Shown: positions 28,095 through 35,924, counted from the first letter of the stretch. The stretch is DNA of 64,000 nt from Eubacteriales bacterium (GCA_045539135.1 JAZQET010000092.1:1200-65199), one strand, 5' to 3'. Notes: generated by a model from the sequence alone, not told the origin. Program-made: numbers and translations.

Positions 28095-29087
28095 ATGAAT
28101 CATCGAAAAACATTCTCTCATCCTCTTAGAGTTATCCTTTTTATTGTTCTGATTGCTGTTTTTGTTTTCAGCGGTTGGAAGATCTTAGGTGGTTTATCTG
28201 CCCCTCAGAGCAATTTGACCCCCGATGACAGTCCTGCATCCAAAACCATTGTGAAGGACGGTGTGGAATACTTCCCCCGTCAAGACATTTCAGTGATGAT
28301 GCTTGCAGGCATCGATACCAAGGGTCCTATACAGGACAGCGGCTCTTATACCAACAACGGAAAAGCCGACATGGTAGCCTTACTGGTTTTTGATGAAACC
28401 GCAAGCACCTACCGTGCCTTGCTTCTGAATCGAGATACCATGGTGAATATGCCCGCATTGGGCTTGGGTGGAAAGCACATTGGATCGGTCTACGGTCAGC
28501 TTTCCCTTGCCCATACCTACGGCAGCGGATTGGAAGACAGTTCGGAAAATCTGCGCACTGCGGTTTCAGATCTTCTGAACGGCATTACCATTGACCATTA
28601 TCTCACCTTGAATATGGATGCCATCGCTCTGATGAACGGTGCAGTGGGCGGGGTGACCGTCCAAGTGCAGGATGACTTTTCTGCCATTGATCCCACCCTT
28701 ACCAAGGGTTCGGTCAAATTGACCAATGAGCAGGCGGTAACCTTTATTCAAAGTCGCGGCGGCGTAGGAGATCAGATGAATCTCTCCCGTATGGAGCGCC
28801 ATAAAGAGTATATCAACGGCTTTTTAACGGCTCTTGATACCAAATTGGAAGCAAGCGATACCTTCCTGCTGAAGACCTATGATTCTTTGGCCGATTATAA
28901 GGTGACTGATTGCTCCGCAACCACCTTGAATTCCTTGGTGACCCGCTATGCGGATTTCACCTTTGAAGGAATCTCCTCCATGGAAGGGGAAAACAAGCAG
29001 GGAGAGGAATATATGGAATTCTATCCGAATGAAACCGCCTTGGAAGATTTGATCCTATCGTTGTTTTATTCTGAAAAAAATCTTTAA
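28095..29087 (+). CDS. LytR-CpsA-Psr (LCP) family polymer-to-wall ligase
   Basis: Single N-terminal TM segment. ADMVALLVFDETASTYRALLLNRDTMV and QSRGGVGDQMNLSRMERHKEY. Confidence 0.85.
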   Translation: MNHRKTFSHPLRVILFIVLIAVFVFSGWKILGGLSAPQSNLTPDDSPASKTIVKDGVEYFPRQDISVMMLAGIDTKGPIQDSGSYTNNGKADMVALLVFDETASTYRALLLNRDTMVNMPALGLGGKHIGSVYGQLSLAHTYGSGLEDSSENLRTAVSDLLNGITIDHYLTLNMDAIALMNGAVGGVTVQVQDDFSAIDPTLTKGSVKLTNEQAVTFIQSRGGVGDQMNLSRMERHKEYINGFLTALDTKLEASDTFLLKTYDSLADYKVTDCSATTLNSLVTRYADFTFEGISSMEGENKQGEEYMEFYPNETALEDLILSLFYSEKNL

Positions 29088-29109
29088 TTTCCTAAAAATC
29101 AAATAAAAA

Positions 29110-29138
29110 AGAGCAAACACATTAATTGTGTCTGCTCT
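29110..29138. terminator. Bidirectional terminator between the convergent cps operon and the peptide-modification cassette
   Basis: Stem agagcaaacac-attaatt-gtgtctgctct, flanked by an A-run on the left and a T-run on the right. Confidence 0.75.
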
Positions 29139-29140
29139 TT

Positions 29141-29608
29141 TTATTTTATCTTTCGCTTCAGCCAGCCCCATCCCCGCCGCCAAAAATGGCGCAAGGGGCG
29201 GCTCCAATGCCACAGCCGACAGTAAGCTTGATGCCGGAAGGACGCGACTGACCGCATTTTATCTCCGCGGGAATACCCGCTGACGATGCCTATGATCTGC
29301 TCCTTGCAGACCCCTTTTTCCACAACAAATTGGTTATCTCCCATACAGGAAAGGGTCTCACCCACCGCCACAACGCGGTGCAGTACATAAGCCCCCTGGG
29401 CATTTTGATACAGCAACAGATCAAATTTTTTCGGTTGCTCCTTGAGCGGTGCCAATTCCACCCGATCCTTCCCTTGCCGCAGCATAGGCAACATACTGGT
29501 TCCGCGGGGAGAAAAGCAAACCTTCTGCCCTGCCGCCAGTTGCTCGCGCATCAAGGGCACCAGCTCTTCCATGGAGCAGATGCGCTCATTCGGTAAGCTC
29601 ATACGCAT
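29141..29608 (-). CDS. Soluble S24/S26-superfamily peptidase with a Ser/His (Sec11/SipW-type) signature
   Basis: 155 aa. GTSMLPML (box B Ser), YVLHRVVAV (HR where bacterial type-I SPases have KR), MGDNQ (box E). No TM segment. Trp/Arg-rich tail RLWHWSRPLRHFWRRGWGWLKRKIK. Confidence 0.7.
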   Translation of the reverse strand: MRMSLPNERICSMEELVPLMREQLAAGQKVCFSPRGTSMLPMLRQGKDRVELAPLKEQPKKFDLLLYQNAQGAYVLHRVVAVGETLSCMGDNQFVVEKGVCKEQIIGIVSGYSRGDKMRSVASFRHQAYCRLWHWSRPLRHFWRRGWGWLKRKIK

Positions 29609-29846
29609 TTAACTTTTCCAAAAAAGCCTGCACGCTGGCAAGCGCCTGCTCCTCGGTCACATCATATTCAGCAGTCAGTGCCTGCACCAACGCGTCTTCT
29701 GTGGTTTCTTTCTCCATCTGCTCCCAAAGAAACCGACCGGTCTCATTGAGGGTGATCATCATATTCAGATCCAAGGTGCTTCCCGAGGGGATCACAACCG
29801 TTTCTCCCGCCACCTGACGAAGCACAAACCCGTCTTTTAATTTCAT
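29586..29846 (-). CDS. PqqD-family protein (RiPP recognition element fold)
   Basis: 86 aa. FVLRQVAGETVVIP..MITLNETGRFLWEQMEKETTEDALVQALTAEYDV..EQALASVQAFLEKL, a typical stand-alone PqqD/RRE pattern. Confidence 0.8.
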   Translation of the reverse strand: MKLKDGFVLRQVAGETVVIPSGSTLDLNMMITLNETGRFLWEQMEKETTEDALVQALTAEYDVTEEQALASVQAFLEKLNAYELTE

Positions 29847-30547
29847 TGCTTTACTCCTTTAGACATTGCCTCATAAGCCACTGTCGCCGCTTCGGGCTCC
29901 ATATTGCATTGCAATTCCCAAATAGGCACATCGGTCAGTAGCCGATCCAATAACTCCAATAGCCTTTCCCGATCTTCTTTCTTCGGAGGACGATTAACCT
30001 GTTTGAGAATCTTTTGAATGGCATCGATTCCATTTGCAGGCTTGATCACATTGGTCTCTCCCCGCTTCAAAAGGGCAATGCCCCCCAAGGGAACCCGACG
30101 GTCTTCGCTGATATCATTTTTTCCGCTCCAAGGGGTGCCGTAGGCATACCAACCGCCCTCTTCACACCTTAAGGCAGGCTTATCGTCATTTAAGATATAG
30201 GCGCGCGTGCCAAACTGCTTCAGCCAAAGGCTGGTGTGGGTGGACTTTCCTGTTCCGCTGTCTGCAGTAAACAGATAAGCAACATCGTCCACTACTACAG
30301 CCGAGGAATGGAGCATTAAACCGTCATAACGCAATAAATGGCGGTAAAAAGAATACCCTGTAGACAGATACTGACCTATATCATCACTCAAAAGCGGATA
30401 CTGCTTCCGATACCTTTCCCAAGAAGAGGTAACCTCCATCATTGGTGCTTCTTGCTCTTGGATGCGGTATTTTTCCGCCCGCTCCGCAGTCATACCAGAA
30501 GCGTCCATTTGGAAGGGGATCCCTGCGACCCGATAAAACTTCTTCAT
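29843..30547 (-). CDS. HPr-kinase-C-domain-like P-loop protein (HprK-related kinase)
   Basis: 234 aa. LHSSAVVVDDVAYLFTADSGTGKSTHTSLW (P-loop) and YILNDDKPAL..YGTPWSGK. Four-nt overlap with the PqqD gene. Confidence 0.7.
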   Translation of the reverse strand: MKKFYRVAGIPFQMDASGMTAERAEKYRIQEQEAPMMEVTSSWERYRKQYPLLSDDIGQYLSTGYSFYRHLLRYDGLMLHSSAVVVDDVAYLFTADSGTGKSTHTSLWLKQFGTRAYILNDDKPALRCEEGGWYAYGTPWSGKNDISEDRRVPLGGIALLKRGETNVIKPANGIDAIQKILKQVNRPPKKEDRERLLELLDRLLTDVPIWELQCNMEPEAATVAYEAMSKGVKQ

Positions 30548-30550
30548 TTC

Positions 30551-31219
30551 TTAGGACTTTCCTTTCACATAATCGTGAAGATTCAAGGATCCGCCGTTTA
30601 CGGTGTTAGCCGCCTGCTTGGCATCATAAGCCGCCTGAGCCGCCTCCCGCCATTCGCGAAACGCAGAGGGACTTTTAAAGGTCTCGTGAAACGCTGCTTG
30701 GCGGGTCATATCCATAGCCAAATACTCTTCATACTCTTTTGCCAAGGCTTCATCATATACGATGGGTTCGCTTTCCCCTGACGAAGGTTCCGACGGGACG
30801 ATCTCTCCCGTCCCTTCATAAGAGGGGGTAGATCCCTCGTTCCCGCTTTCTCCGCCGCCTTCACCCATAAAGCCATCCTCCGAGGCGCCGCCTTCGCCCA
30901 TAGAGCCGTCTACCTGCTGGTTGCCGTCGGGCTGTTGGGGGCTTGAAGAGGTACCGTCGCTGCTGACTGCTTGATCGGGATCCTCCTCAAAGGAATCGGA
31001 GCCGGAAGAAGTGCCGCTTCCTTGATTACCAACAGTGCCGGAAGGCGCACTCACATTGCCGGACCCTTCGGTGCCGATCTCCGCCTCCCCTTGGCTCAGC
31101 TGTTCGCCTTTGGAATTTTCTTCTATGGGCTTTTCATCGGGATTGCATCCGGCGGTGCACAGCAACACACCTGCCAAAAGTCCCGCCATCATTGCCCGAA
31201 AAACCGTTCTTTTATTCAT
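30551..31219 (-). CDS. Acidic low-complexity lipoprotein, function unknown
   Basis: Signal and lipobox LLCTAGC. Long Ser/Gly/Glu/Asp-rich linker. Helical C-terminal region EYLAMDMTRQAAFHETFKSPSAFREWREAAQAAYDAKQ. Own promoter TTGCAC-17-TATTAT on the minus strand around 31250-31285. Confidence 0.65.
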   Translation of the reverse strand: MNKRTVFRAMMAGLLAGVLLCTAGCNPDEKPIEENSKGEQLSQGEAEIGTEGSGNVSAPSGTVGNQGSGTSSGSDSFEEDPDQAVSSDGTSSSPQQPDGNQQVDGSMGEGGASEDGFMGEGGGESGNEGSTPSYEGTGEIVPSEPSSGESEPIVYDEALAKEYEEYLAMDMTRQAAFHETFKSPSAFREWREAAQAAYDAKQAANTVNGGSLNLHDYVKGKS

Positions 31220-31299
31220 TCGGGAATTCTCCTTTAATCAAATCTTTGTTCTTATTCTATAATACCACACCGTAGGAGAATGTGCAAGTACAATAAATC

Positions 31300-31341
31300 T
31301 GACAAAAACACAAAAAGCAGAGCGAACTTTAGTCGCTCTGC
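31300..31341 (-). terminator. Rho-independent terminator immediately after the 40-codon ORF
   Basis: Stem gcagagcga-7 nt-tcgctctgc (31317-31341), followed on the minus strand by TTTTTgtgTTTTTg. Confidence 0.75.
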
Positions 31342-31367
31342 TTCGATTATAACAAAAGGATTACCAA

Positions 31368-31490
31368 TTACTCCCCTTCGGTAGTGGAATCTTCTTCGTA
31401 ATAATCACTGCCTTCAAAGGTAGCCATAATACGCTCAGCTTCCTGCAGTTTGATCACTTCTACGGTAGGCTCTTGGAAAAACTTCTTCAT
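31368..31490 (-). CDS. Unannotated 40-aa acidic peptide (candidate precursor/substrate peptide)
   Basis: Own translation: MKKFFQEPTVEVIKLQEAERIMATFEGSDYYEEDSTTEGE. AAGGAGG sits 8 nt upstream of the ATG and a terminator lies 26 nt after the stop. Too short to appear in the ORF track. Confidence 0.6.
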   Translation of the reverse strand: MKKFFQEPTVEVIKLQEAERIMATFEGSDYYEEDSTTEGE

Positions 31491-31643
31491 TTTTCATTCC
31501 TCCTTATTTCCGAATTACATACAAGGGCTCAAATAATCCCTCGCAGATATAAACCCATTATTTTTATACAAGAAATATTATAAAACAAATTCACTTGGTT
31601 GTGCATAGCCTGATGTTGTTTGTTTTTATCATTATGTGACTAA

Positions 31644-32843
31644 TCAATATTCAGCCTCTTCAAAAAGACCCAAACGGCTGTAAACCTCTGCCCGACAGTC
31701 TGCATCCTTATTCATCGACAGCAAAGAATACCGTTTTCCGGTCAATACCCTGCCCAAATACCGCATGGCGCGACCGCAATCCAGCACCAAGGCAAGCACC
31801 TTATTCTTGCGGGCGGCAGGATGCTGTTCCAAGGTGGAGCGATGCAATGTATCATAGAGATAATAGACCTTACTGCGGCCTACACCGTCTTTTCCGTGGT
31901 TAGAGATCATCAACCCGCTGGCGGCACGCTTGGGGTCTTTACGACCGAAATTGCCCCCCAAAAGTACATCCTCCAACACCGCCTCGATCAGATCCTCCTC
32001 TACTTCCTCCAGCCAAGAGGGGCGAGCGATTTCAAAAGCACGAACACAAACCGCCGTCATTACATGCATATAGCGAAGCAATCCCACCTCCCTCAATAAA
32101 GGAAGCAGTTGCTCCTGCCAAAACGGTTCCCGATGGGTGGCGTGCACAAAGCACCCCCAATCGCAAAGATGGCGAAGACCCAATCCCTCACCCACCATAT
32201 GGTGCTGCATATGTAAAAGCAGGATCAGTCCGTGATCCACAGGCGCAGGGGCGCAAAAGCCTTCCCGTTCCATCCCGCGGTTCCACGCTTCCGCGAGGGT
32301 CTCGCGCAGGATCTCCCCTGCCGCACCGTGGGGAATGCCTGCCGGCTCATGGTGCATCTCCAAATGGGAACCCGGCTTTTTAAACACCTGATGGCAGGTA
32401 TGCTCCTCATGGGAGCGGGCAAAGCCTTTTTCCATCAGCTCCGCGGCGATCTCCTCTTTCTGCTTGGGATCGATCAGAAAATCCACATCCCCCAGCATCC
32501 GCAAGTGGGGATTGGGATAATATGCCGCCGCGGCGGCACCCTTTAAGATCACATAAGGATACCCTTTCGCCTGCAAAAGTTCAACCAATTCCGCTTGTGC
32601 AACACCCACCAGCATATTGGCGCGCAACCGACGGAAGGACTCCTTTTGCCAGTTCTCATAAAGCTCCTTGGGGATCTGCTCTTTGACCGCCGCCGCACCG
32701 TCGAAGGCCTGAAGAAAGACCGCCTGTACTTTGGCATTTTTAATCAAAAGTTCCCAATCAATCTCTTCCGAAGGCACCGAGAGTTCTGTGCCCCAAAGGG
32801 AGCCGCGCAGCAGTTCCAACAAAAATTGATCTTCCTTTTGCAT
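31644..32843 (-). CDS. Nucleotidyltransferase-family protein (NTP_transf_5-like)
   Basis: Start moved to MQKEDQFLLELLRG (AAGGAGG 7 nt upstream). LRMLGDVDFLID (G-x-D-x-D nucleotidyltransferase motif). About 400 aa. Confidence 0.7.
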   Translation of the reverse strand: MQKEDQFLLELLRGSLWGTELSVPSEEIDWELLIKNAKVQAVFLQAFDGAAAVKEQIPKELYENWQKESFRRLRANMLVGVAQAELVELLQAKGYPYVILKGAAAAAYYPNPHLRMLGDVDFLIDPKQKEEIAAELMEKGFARSHEEHTCHQVFKKPGSHLEMHHEPAGIPHGAAGEILRETLAEAWNRGMEREGFCAPAPVDHGLILLLHMQHHMVGEGLGLRHLCDWGCFVHATHREPFWQEQLLPLLREVGLLRYMHVMTAVCVRAFEIARPSWLEEVEEDLIEAVLEDVLLGGNFGRKDPKRAASGLMISNHGKDGVGRSKVYYLYDTLHRSTLEQHPAARKNKVLALVLDCGRAMRYLGRVLTGKRYSLLSMNKDADCRAEVYSRLGLFEEAEY

Positions 32844-32881
32844 CTTCAGACCTCCTTTCAAAAATGGTTATTTACCTTTTT

Positions 32882-32910
32882 ATTATAGTCTTTCCTCCCC
32901 TTACTGTCAA
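32882..32910 (-). promoter_or_regulatory. Consensus sigma-A promoter for the nucleotidyltransferase and peptide genes
   Basis: Minus strand TTGACA (32910-32905), 17-nt spacer, TATAAT (32887-32882). Both hexamers match the consensus perfectly. Confidence 0.7.
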
Positions 32911-32924
32911 GCAAAGTCCCTCTC

Positions 32925-32952
32925 TTGCAAAAAGGAAAATTTATGCTATACT
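32925..32952 (+). promoter_or_regulatory. Promoter of the WYL regulator gene (divergent)
   Basis: TTGCAA (32925-32930), 16-nt spacer, TATACT (32947-32952). Confidence 0.55.
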
Positions 32953-32965
32953 GATAGGTGAGGTG

Positions 32966-33967
32966 ATGGAAATGGCAAAATCCCTATATCAACAGCAAAA
33001 GCTTTTGCGGTTGCAACAGATCTTTCTGCAAGAGACCGATGAACAGCACGGTCTCACTATGGAAGAAATTCTTGCCCGCCTTTCGGCTTACGGCATTCAG
33101 GCGGAGCGCAAAAGCATCTATGAAAATATTGAGACCCTCAATGCCTGCGGAATGGACATCCTCAAAGAACGGCGAAACAGCAAGACCTATTATTATTCGG
33201 TGGGCAGAGAGTTCGAGGAGGCGGAAGTGCGCCTGTTGGCAGATGCGGTGGCATCCTCCCGTTTTATTACAGTCAAAAAATCCGAAGAGCTTCTGAAAAA
33301 GCTCACCACCCTCACCAGCCGCCACCACGGTGCAGAACTGCGGCGTCAGTTATATGTGGCAAGTCGTATTAAAAATATGAACGAGACGGTCTATTATGTT
33401 TTAGATGAGCTGAACCGTGCCATCCACCGCAATGTTACCATCTCTTTTTGCTACTACGATTGGACCTTGGAGCGGGGCACCTTGCAAAAGACCGCCCGCC
33501 ACGGCGGACAGCAATACACCATCTCCCCTTGGCAATTGCTCTGGCAAGACGAACTTTATTACCTGATTGCCTTTGACCATACCTCCCAAGAGATCCGCCA
33601 CTATCGGGTGGATCGGATGGGGCTGATCACCCTCACCGACCTTCCCCGCCAAGGAGAGGAGGCGTTCCAACAAATTCGCATGGAAAACTATACCTCCCGC
33701 CTTTTCGGTATGTTCGGCGGCAAAAGCCAATGGGTGACCCTTTCCTTCCCCGCTCGGTTTTTGGACATTATGGTGGACCGATTCGGCAAGGATCTGCGTC
33801 CCACCCTTTTGAAGAACGGTGATCTGGAGATCCGCGCCGAGGTGATCCCCAGCCTGCCCTTTTACGGTTGGCTCTTTTCCTTGGGAAAAGAGGTGCAACT
33901 GACGGAGCCCCTCGCCTTGCGGGAAGAATATAAGACTTATCTTCAAGAGCAACTTTCTTCCATATAA
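32966..33967 (+). CDS. WYL-domain transcriptional regulator (wHTH-WYL-WCX architecture)
   Basis: Trimmed to MEMAKSLYQQQKLLRLQQIF. N-terminal HTH (LTMEEILARLSAYGIQAERKSIYENIETL). WYL core WQLLWQDELYYLIAFDHTSQEIRHYRVDRM. Confidence 0.8.
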   Translation: MEMAKSLYQQQKLLRLQQIFLQETDEQHGLTMEEILARLSAYGIQAERKSIYENIETLNACGMDILKERRNSKTYYYSVGREFEEAEVRLLADAVASSRFITVKKSEELLKKLTTLTSRHHGAELRRQLYVASRIKNMNETVYYVLDELNRAIHRNVTISFCYYDWTLERGTLQKTARHGGQQYTISPWQLLWQDELYYLIAFDHTSQEIRHYRVDRMGLITLTDLPRQGEEAFQQIRMENYTSRLFGMFGGKSQWVTLSFPARFLDIMVDRFGKDLRPTLLKNGDLEIRAEVIPSLPFYGWLFSLGKEVQLTEPLALREEYKTYLQEQLSSI

Positions 33968-33974
33968 ATATAAA

Positions 33975-34011
33975 AGCGGAAAAGCATTGGCTTTTCCGCT
34001 TTTTATTTTTT
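33975..34011. terminator. Terminator shared by the convergent WYL gene and ftsH
   Basis: Stem agcggaaaag-cattg-cttttccgct followed by TTTTTaTTTTTTT. Confidence 0.75.
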
Positions 34012-35924
34012 TACTCTTCTGCAGAGGTTTCGTTTTCGGAAACTGTTTCTTCTGCAGGGACTTCGGCAACCGCCTCTTCAGCGGCAGGCTCTTCTGCAGG
34101 AGCCTCCGACACAGGGGGCTCGAAAATAGCATTGAACTCTGCACCGGTGAGATGCTCTTTCTCCAAGAGGGCTTCGGCAGTGGCGCGCACCTCTGCTTCA
34201 TGCTCCTTTAAGATCTCTTCCGCCTTGCGGTAAGCCTCATCAATGATGGCTTTGATCTCATCATCGATCATGGCCGCCACATGCTCGGAATAATCCCGTT
34301 GGGTGGCAAAATCCCGACCCAAGAACACTTCATTGCTATCGTCGCCGTACAGAATGGGACCCAACCGATCGCTCATACCGTATTTGGTGACCATCTGACG
34401 GGCGATGGTGCTGGCACGCTGAATATCATTGGAAGCACCGGTGGAAATATCGTCCAGATACAGCTTTTCACTAACCCGACCGCCCAAAAGGCTGACGATC
34501 TCCTCAAACATCACATTCTTGGTGGCATAAGACAGGTCTTCCTGAGGAAGATGGAGGGTATAGCCCCCTGCTCTGCCGCGGGGCACGATGGAGATCTCGT
34601 GCACTGGGTCTGCGGTTTCCAAAAACTTGGCGACCACCGCGTGACCTGCTTCATGGAAGGCGGTAAGCTTCCGCTCTTTTTCCACCACCTTGCGGCTCTT
34701 CTTTTCGGGACCTGCGATCACCTTCATAATGGACTCTTCGATCTCTTTCTGACCGATATCGCTCCGCTCACGGCGGGCAGACAGCAAAGCCGCCTCATTC
34801 AAAAGGTTTTCCAGATCGGCGCCGGTGAAGCCGATGGTGCCTTTGGCAATATCGGCAAAATCCACATCCTCGGCAAACTTCTTATTGCGAGCGTGGACCT
34901 TCAAAATCTCTTCTCTGCCCTTTTGATCGGGAGCCCCCACATAGACCTCGCGGTCAAAACGGCCGGGGCGCAGCAGGGCGGGATCCAGAATATCGGCACG
35001 GTTGGTGGCGGCGATCACGATGATGCCTGCGTTGGCACCGAAACCGTCCATCTCCACCAACAACTGGTTGAGGGTCTGCTCCCGCTCATCGTGGCCGCCG
35101 CCGAGACCTGCGCCTCTTCTGCGGCCCACCGCATCGATCTCATCAATAAAGATGATACAGGGATTGTTCTTTTTAGCTTCATCAAACAGTTCGCGAACGC
35201 GGGACGCACCCACACCCACATAAAGCTCCACAAAGTCGGAACCGGAGATGGAGAAGAAGGGAACCCCCGCCTCTCCTGCCACCGCTTTTGCCAAAAGGGT
35301 CTTACCGGTGCCCGGAGGGCCCACCAGCAACACGCCCTTGGGGATACGGGCGCCCAGTTCCAAATATTTACGGGGAGATTTTAAGAAATCCACGATCTCC
35401 ACCAATTCTTCTTTTTCTTCATCGGCGCCTGCCACATCGGCAAAGGTCTTTTGGTCCTTTTGCTCGGCGCCGGTCTTGATCCGCACCCTTGCGAAGCCGG
35501 GCGCCTTTCCGCCGTTCATCTGGCGGCTGGTCATCACAAAGAACAAGATCACCAACCCGATCACCAGCAAGGTGGGCAACATATTCAGCCACCAAGGAAC
35601 GGTAAAGCCTTCCACAAAATTATAATCGGCAATAATGCCCGCCTTTTGCTGCTCGATAATGGTGGGCATCAGTTCCGCTTCAAACATACCGAGGCTCAAC
35701 AAGTCATGGACAACTTCGGTATCATCCTGCAGTTTACAGGTCAGCTTTGCACCTTTCAGTTCAAAGGACTTTACCTGCTGGTTATTAAAATACTGAACGA
35801 TCTGACCGTAGGAAACTTTTTTAACCTCTTCCCCTCGATTGAACAGGGAAAACATCCCCACCACAAGGGCAAACAGTACCACTGCATAAAGGATACCTTG
35901 CAGACCGGATCTCTTTTTATTCAA
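34011..35924 (-). CDS. ftsH: ATP-dependent zinc metalloprotease FtsH
   Basis: [23 protein letters not shown], the SRH region, and the HEAGHAV zinc site. Confidence 0.97.
   Translation of the reverse strand: MNKKRSGLQGILYAVVLFALVVGMFSLFNRGEEVKKVSYGQIVQYFNNQQVKSFELKGAKLTCKLQDDTEVVHDLLSLGMFEAELMPTIIEQQKAGIIADYNFVEGFTVPWWLNMLPTLLVIGLVILFFVMTSRQMNGGKAPGFARVRIKTGAEQKDQKTFADVAGADEEKEELVEIVDFLKSPRKYLELGARIPKGVLLVGPPGTGKTLLAKAVAGEAGVPFFSISGSDFVELYVGVGASRVRELFDEAKKNNPCIIFIDEIDAVGRRRGAGLGGGHDEREQTLNQLLVEMDGFGANAGIIVIAATNRADILDPALLRPGRFDREVYVGAPDQKGREEILKVHARNKKFAEDVDFADIAKGTIGFTGADLENLLNEAALLSARRERSDIGQKEIEESIMKVIAGPEKKSRKVVEKERKLTAFHEAGHAVVAKFLETADPVHEISIVPRGRAGGYTLHLPQEDLSYATKNVMFEEIVSLLGGRVSEKLYLDDISTGASNDIQRASTIARQMVTKYGMSDRLGPILYGDDSNEVFLGRDFATQRDYSEHVAAMIDDEIKAIIDEAYRKAEEILKEHEAEVRATAEALLEKEHLTGAEFNAIFEPPVSEAPAEEPAAEEAVAEVPAEETVSENETSAEE

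Noticed and set aside
29586-29846. Interpretation of the PqqD gene as part of PQQ biosynthesis
   Set aside because: There are no pqqB, pqqC or pqqE (radical SAM) genes in the window. The E-x3-Y spacing in the small peptide is noted but is on its own insufficient.
29141-32843. Interpretation of the cassette as a lasso-peptide cluster
   Set aside because: No asparagine-synthetase-like cyclase or transglutaminase-type B2 protease is present. The 40-aa peptide has no obvious Gly/Cys/Ser/Ala-1 plus Asp/Glu-7 to 9 macrolactam core after a Thr at position -2.
34281-35384. 367-aa plus-strand ORF
   Set aside because: It is antisense to ftsH.
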